Origin: Turneriella sp.
GTDB taxonomy: Bacteria; Spirochaetota; Leptospiria; Turneriellales; Turneriellaceae
Reading direction: 5' to 3'
Assembly (NCBI GenBank): GCA_965279515.1
Contig: CBDIID010000003.1
Location: 1,920,001-1,984,000, forward strand
DNA: 64,000 nt
Of the stretch, positions 60,174 through 64,000 are shown piece by piece (position 1 is the stretch's first letter; each line of letters opens with the position of its first letter). The notes below the pieces were generated by a model, which was not told the origin of the DNA, ran no database searches, and was given only the letters and a program-made list of their open reading frames with translations. The position numbers were made by a program, and so were the translations under genes.

Positions 60174-60575
60174 TTAGGCCGCAGCAGATCGGGGTGGAGG
60201 CGGAGTTACTTCAGCGATAATACTATGATAAAATGGATCAATACTGGGGACAACCACAGTGAAATAACGGGGAGTCGGCACCGAAAACGGTAAGTATATG
60301 CCGCCGAAGCGATCAAAATTCGGCATGTGAGCAATATCGTCATCGGGGCTGGCACAGACATCGTCGGCGTCGACGAGCACCGCGATTTTTTTGGGTGACT
60401 TATGCTTGTGCCCGCACGGACAGGGATTTCCCTTCTGTACGCGCACCTTCATGTGGGGACACATATAATATGTTTTCACCTGTAGATTCGAAACGAGGTC
60501 GGGCACAGCCGACAATTGCAATGTAAAAAGAAAAAGACCACAAAGATGAATCGGCGTGAGAAAGCGGATCAGCAA
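60174..60575 (-). CDS. Cys/His-rich PPPR-ending leader protein C (candidate stalling uORF)
   Basis: Signal/TM, CPH...CPCGHKH...DVC, ends EVTPPPPRSAAA. Start uncertain (TTG at 60575 or 60641). Confidence 0.75.
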   Translation of the reverse strand: MLIRFLTPIHLCGLFLFTLQLSAVPDLVSNLQVKTYYMCPHMKVRVQKGNPCPCGHKHKSPKKIAVLVDADDVCASPDDDIAHMPNFDRFGGIYLPFSVPTPRYFTVVVPSIDPFYHSIIAEVTPPPPRSAAA

Positions 60576-60661
60576 GTTATGACCAAAGACTTTTTTCGTA
60601 CAACCGGTAAAGAAATTTCGCGAAGACTTTACGACGTTCAAAGCAAGAAGACTCTGACAAC

Positions 60662-61237
60662 ATGAAAATTGCCCTGCTACTTGTTTTCTCTACTCTGCCG
60701 CTCACCGCTCAAACAAACGCGGGGTTAAAACTCGGCGGCACGCTCATGAACGGCAAAGAGGGTACACGCGCGATCGTCGAGTTGGGTGACGGCAGAACCA
60801 CGCAGGTCTGCGAAGCGGGCAAAGCTTGCTCGAAAAATGCCTGCGACTGCGAGGTCGCCGGTTATAAAGTCGTGCATATCGAAGCGCGCAAGGTAACGCT
60901 GCGGCGCGGCGGCGAACGTTTCACGCTGACCCTCGATGGCCTGCGCCCCGAAGGACAAACAGGTAAATATGCGGGCACAATTACCCGGGACTTTTCCCGC
61001 GCAAAACTTCAGGAAACCCTGAATACTCGCGGCGAGAAGGCCACGGACGTGTTACACAAACTGCTCGCTGGCGCCGATGTCAGGCCGACAGACACCATCA
61101 AAACCGTGCAAGGACATCCCCTTGAAAGAGTAAAGTGGGGTACGGTGCACGGGAGCATTCAGGCCGCCGAACAGGTGGCCATTGAAATCGAGCGCGAAGG
61201 CAAGCTGATACTCTTACAGCTGCGCATGACGCAATAA
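60662..61237 (+). CDS. Exported hypothetical protein with Cys cluster; weak GspC/PDZ-like features
   Basis: Signal peptide; LGGTL...AIVE...GYKVVHIE..KVTL resembles the GspC HR domain; CEAGKACSKNACDC; C-terminal IEIEREGK. Confidence 0.6.
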   Translation: MKIALLLVFSTLPLTAQTNAGLKLGGTLMNGKEGTRAIVELGDGRTTQVCEAGKACSKNACDCEVAGYKVVHIEARKVTLRRGGERFTLTLDGLRPEGQTGKYAGTITRDFSRAKLQETLNTRGEKATDVLHKLLAGADVRPTDTIKTVQGHPLERVKWGTVHGSIQAAEQVAIEIEREGKLILLQLRMTQ

Positions 61238-61248
61238 AAGCCAAGAAC

Positions 61249-61875
61249 TCAGCCGGGACAGACCGGGCTCAGCTTAGCGGTAATTTTCACATCGATATCG
61301 GGCCACAGCTTGCTTTGGCCGTCTTTACCCTTATGCAGGTCTTTGCAGGCCAGGTTCAAGGCCGCGAGCGGTGAAAGGGCGTTGAATTCAGCGATATCAA
61401 GCCTAAAGGCGACTTCGAGCCCTGCACCGTCGACGCGGCGCACCGTAGCCGAGACCTTTTTCTCGATGCCGTTGATTTTCAGGAGCAGGGTGGCGTTGTT
61501 TGCGCTCACCGATTCGACGCGTGCCCTGATCTCCCCCTTATTTTTCATCGCTGCGAAAAACGCGTAATAAATCTTCTTATCGCGGTCGGGATTATTCGTA
61601 TTCACGCTCGCGGCATCGACGATGAATTCGGCTTCTGCAAAGACCTCTTCGGGTTTCGTGGCGGTGCGCGCATTTTCAGTTCGAATCGAATTAAAAGTTC
61701 CCGAAACACCGAGGCGCTCTGTAAACTTGTATGCAGTCCATTGCAGCTTTGCCTGCGTGGGGTCGAAATCAAAGCGGCAGAGGCTGTAATCCGGTTTTAT
61801 TTCTGCTTTCTTGCAAGACCAGAAGAGTGCCAAGATAAGTACAATGCCAACAATGTGACTCTTTCGCAAAATCAT
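61249..61875 (-). CDS. YceI-family lipoprotein
   Basis: WSC lipobox; WTAYK...VSGTF and SVNTNNPDRD motifs. Confidence 0.8.
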   Translation of the reverse strand: MILRKSHIVGIVLILALFWSCKKAEIKPDYSLCRFDFDPTQAKLQWTAYKFTERLGVSGTFNSIRTENARTATKPEEVFAEAEFIVDAASVNTNNPDRDKKIYYAFFAAMKNKGEIRARVESVSANNATLLLKINGIEKKVSATVRRVDGAGLEVAFRLDIAEFNALSPLAALNLACKDLHKGKDGQSKLWPDIDVKITAKLSPVCPG

Positions 61876-61969
61876 AGTTGGGAAAAGCCTCTGCGATACC
61901 GCGCGTAAAGCCGGTTTTCACAACAGCGGTTTACGCTGTATCCATAAGATAGATTTGCTGCGGAGCGCC

Positions 61970-62326
61970 GTGCTGAGAAAGATTACCGCCACGCTGATTT
62001 GCCTCTTGCTTCTTGCAACTGCCACCGAGGCGGTCGGACTTATCTCACACTCGACCGGCGTACTCAAATGCCCCAGCTGCAAAATGAAAATGCAGAAAAT
62101 CGACGACTGCCGCTGCCATAAGAAAAAACCTGTTTCCGCGGCGAAAATCCACGACCCCTGCGGCGACAACGAGGGGGATTTCCACATTTCCTTCGACCGG
62201 GTGCAGGGTGTTGCGGCGCCCGAAGTCTTTGTGCCGGCCGCTTTTGTCAGTACATACCTCTCTCTCTCTTATCGCTACCCCACCGGTATCACGAGCGATA
62301 TTCCGCAGCCGCCGCCGCGGCGTTAA
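61970..62326 (+). CDS. Cys-rich PPPR-ending leader protein D (candidate stalling uORF)
   Basis: GGAG + GTG start, signal peptide, CPSC...CRCH...HDPC, ends DIPQPPPRR; directly upstream of the TonB-dependent receptor. Confidence 0.8.
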   Translation: MLRKITATLICLLLLATATEAVGLISHSTGVLKCPSCKMKMQKIDDCRCHKKKPVSAAKIHDPCGDNEGDFHISFDRVQGVAAPEVFVPAAFVSTYLSLSYRYPTGITSDIPQPPPRR

Positions 62327-62400
62327 CTCCTGCCCAACAAACAAATAACCACTGAAAGTGGTGCATCCGCGCTAAGGCGCGAGATAAAGGAGTTATGTTT

Positions 62401-64000
62401 ATGCGATTATTTACGATCAAAGCCGTTGCCGTTCTTCTCATCACGAGCAGCGCAATCTGGGTACAGACACCCGAAAAGAAAGATGAAAAAACTAAAAAAA
62501 ATCCCGTGGAAATTCCCGCTAACGCAGCGGATCCTGAAGGTGTAAAAACCATCGCGGTTGAAAAAGGCGAGACTAAACCTCTCGAAGAAGAAGAAACCCT
62601 GCCCGACGTCGTCGTCACGGCCACGCGCGAAGAAGAAAAACGCCGCGATGTGCCGATGTCGATCGGCAAGATCAAACGCGACTCGATTAAAGATACGAAG
62701 CCGATCCATCCATCCGAGCTGATGAACCAGTCGCCGGGTGTGTTTGTGAACACGACAAGCGGTGAGGGACACCAGACAATGATCCGCCACCCGATCACGA
62801 CCGGCTCGGTGTATCTTTACCTCGAAGACGGTGTGCCGACGCGCTCACCAGGATTTTTCAACCATAACGCGCTCTTCGAAATTAACGTGCCACAAGCCGG
62901 CGGTATTGAAATCATCAAAGGCCCTGGTTCAGCGCTCTATGGCAGCGATGCACTCGGTGGGGTTGTCAACGTGCTGACGCGCCCTGTGACAAAAGACCGC
63001 GAAATCGACCTGAGCTTCGAATACGGCGGTTTCGGCTGGAAAAGGCTTTTGGCCTCGGCCGGCGAAAAGTTTGGCGACCATGCCATACGCGTCGATGGAA
63101 ACATGACCGATTCGAAGGGCTGGCGTGACGGTACGAAATACTCGCGCCAAAGCGGTACGCTGCGTTGGGATGCAGTCTTCGGCAAACATAAGTTCAAGAC
63201 CGTCGTCACGGCTTCGAATATCGACCAGCAATCGGCAGGCGCCGCGGCATTGCGCGAGGCGGATTATCTGAATAATTCGCAGGCGAACTACATGCAATTC
63301 TCCTACCGCCGCGTCAAAGCCGTACGTGTTTCAACTCAGTACGATTACGAAATCAGCCAGGGCAACAAGCTATCGGCCATTCTCTACGGACGCTACAACG
63401 AGATGGGGCAATTACCGAATTATATCGGCGCACAGACAACCCAGCGGGAAAACAACTTGCGCAATGCCTCGGCGGGATTGCTTTTCAAGCACCTGCTCGA
63501 TATTCAGCTTTTTCACTCAAAGCTGATTTCGGGTATCGACGCCGATTATTCGCCGGGAGTCTTTAACGAATGGAATGTAACGACTACAAAATCCGGCGAT
63601 TATTTTACGAGTTACACAACCGGCGCATTGCAATACGACTATGATGTTAAATTTTATCAGGCATCGCCGTTTGTCCAGCTCGAATCATCGCCGCTTACGC
63701 GAAAACTAAAACTGCAACTCGGTGCACGGTATGACTACATGGGTTATATCTATAAGAATAACCTGAGCGTCATTCAAACCGGTAATACACGCCGCCCCGA
63801 AGATGCATCGCCCAGCTTCAACCACCTCTCGCCTAAAGCGGGCGTCGTGTACGACTTCTTCGCCGAACTCAATGTCTTCGCGAGTTACCGCCACGGCTTT
63901 CGTGTGCCACAGCAAAGCGACCTGTTTCGCCAGGGCAGCGCCAATTCGGCCCTTGGCATCAAACCGATTAAAATCGATAGCTTTGAAATCGGTGTGAGGG
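62401..64000 (+). CDS. TonB-dependent receptor (3' end outside window; absent from the ORF track)
   Basis: My translation: AAGGAG RBS, signal peptide, TonB box LPDVVVTATR, plug (SPGV, GEGH, LEDGVP, FNHNAL, IEIIKGPGSALYGSDALGGVVN), then beta-strands towards the window edge. Confidence 0.95.
   Translation, partial: MRLFTIKAVAVLLITSSAIWVQTPEKKDEKTKKNPVEIPANAADPEGVKTIAVEKGETKPLEEEETLPDVVVTATREEEKRRDVPMSIGKIKRDSIKDTKPIHPSELMNQSPGVFVNTTSGEGHQTMIRHPITTGSVYLYLEDGVPTRSPGFFNHNALFEINVPQAGGIEIIKGPGSALYGSDALGGVVNVLTRPVTKDREIDLSFEYGGFGWKRLLASAGEKFGDHAIRVDGNMTDSKGWRDGTKYSRQSGTLRWDAVFGKHKFKTVVTASNIDQQSAGAAALREADYLNNSQANYMQFSYRRVKAVRVSTQYDYEISQGNKLSAILYGRYNEMGQLPNYIGAQTTQRENNLRNASAGLLFKHLLDIQLFHSKLISGIDADYSPGVFNEWNVTTTKSGDYFTSYTTGALQYDYDVKFYQASPFVQLESSPLTRKLKLQLGARYDYMGYIYKNNLSVIQTGNTRRPEDASPSFNHLSPKAGVVYDFFAELNVFASYRHGFRVPQQSDLFRQGSANSALGIKPIKIDSFEIGVR

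Noticed and set aside
62289..63997. Several short ORFs listed at the window end
   Set aside because: They are off-frame or antisense to the TonB-dependent receptor frame starting at 62401.

Overview
64-kb window of a moderately GC-rich bacterial chromosome. Gene content and lipoprotein style suggest a Leptospiraceae spirochaete, possibly Turneriella-like (inference). 1-18.4 kb is mostly core genes: mreD-mrdA-rodA, an Omp85-family OMP, a response regulator/hybrid kinase pair, a GNAT, and serC-hemH-fmt-MATE. 18.4-27.3 kb is an accessory block: a decayed SDR pseudogene plus an operon with a divergent TetR gene, ending in a single-polypeptide RND-TolC fusion with no adaptor gene. 27-46 kb holds signalling and housekeeping genes: two class III cyclases, a PP2C phosphatase, ettA, an apparently catalytically dead site-2 protease, a 7TM-HD phosphodiesterase, icmF and pgsA. 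46-64 kb is a metal/respiration cluster: two related MbnP-MbnH-outer-membrane-transporter operons without methanobactin biosynthesis genes, a pair of cytochrome bd-I-like/cytochrome c membrane proteins, YceI and a TonB-dependent receptor that runs off the window. Main candidate for a new system: each of these four units is headed by a paralogous small ORF (signal/TM segment, Cys/His cluster, fixed ~54-residue spacer, C-terminal PPPR). In two cases the leader's stop-codon region is clearly complementary to the downstream Shine-Dalgarno, with weaker pairings in the other two. This points to a metal-sensing (probably copper) ribosome-stalling regulon. A GC-rich palindromic repeat occurs three times, once in-frame inside fmt.
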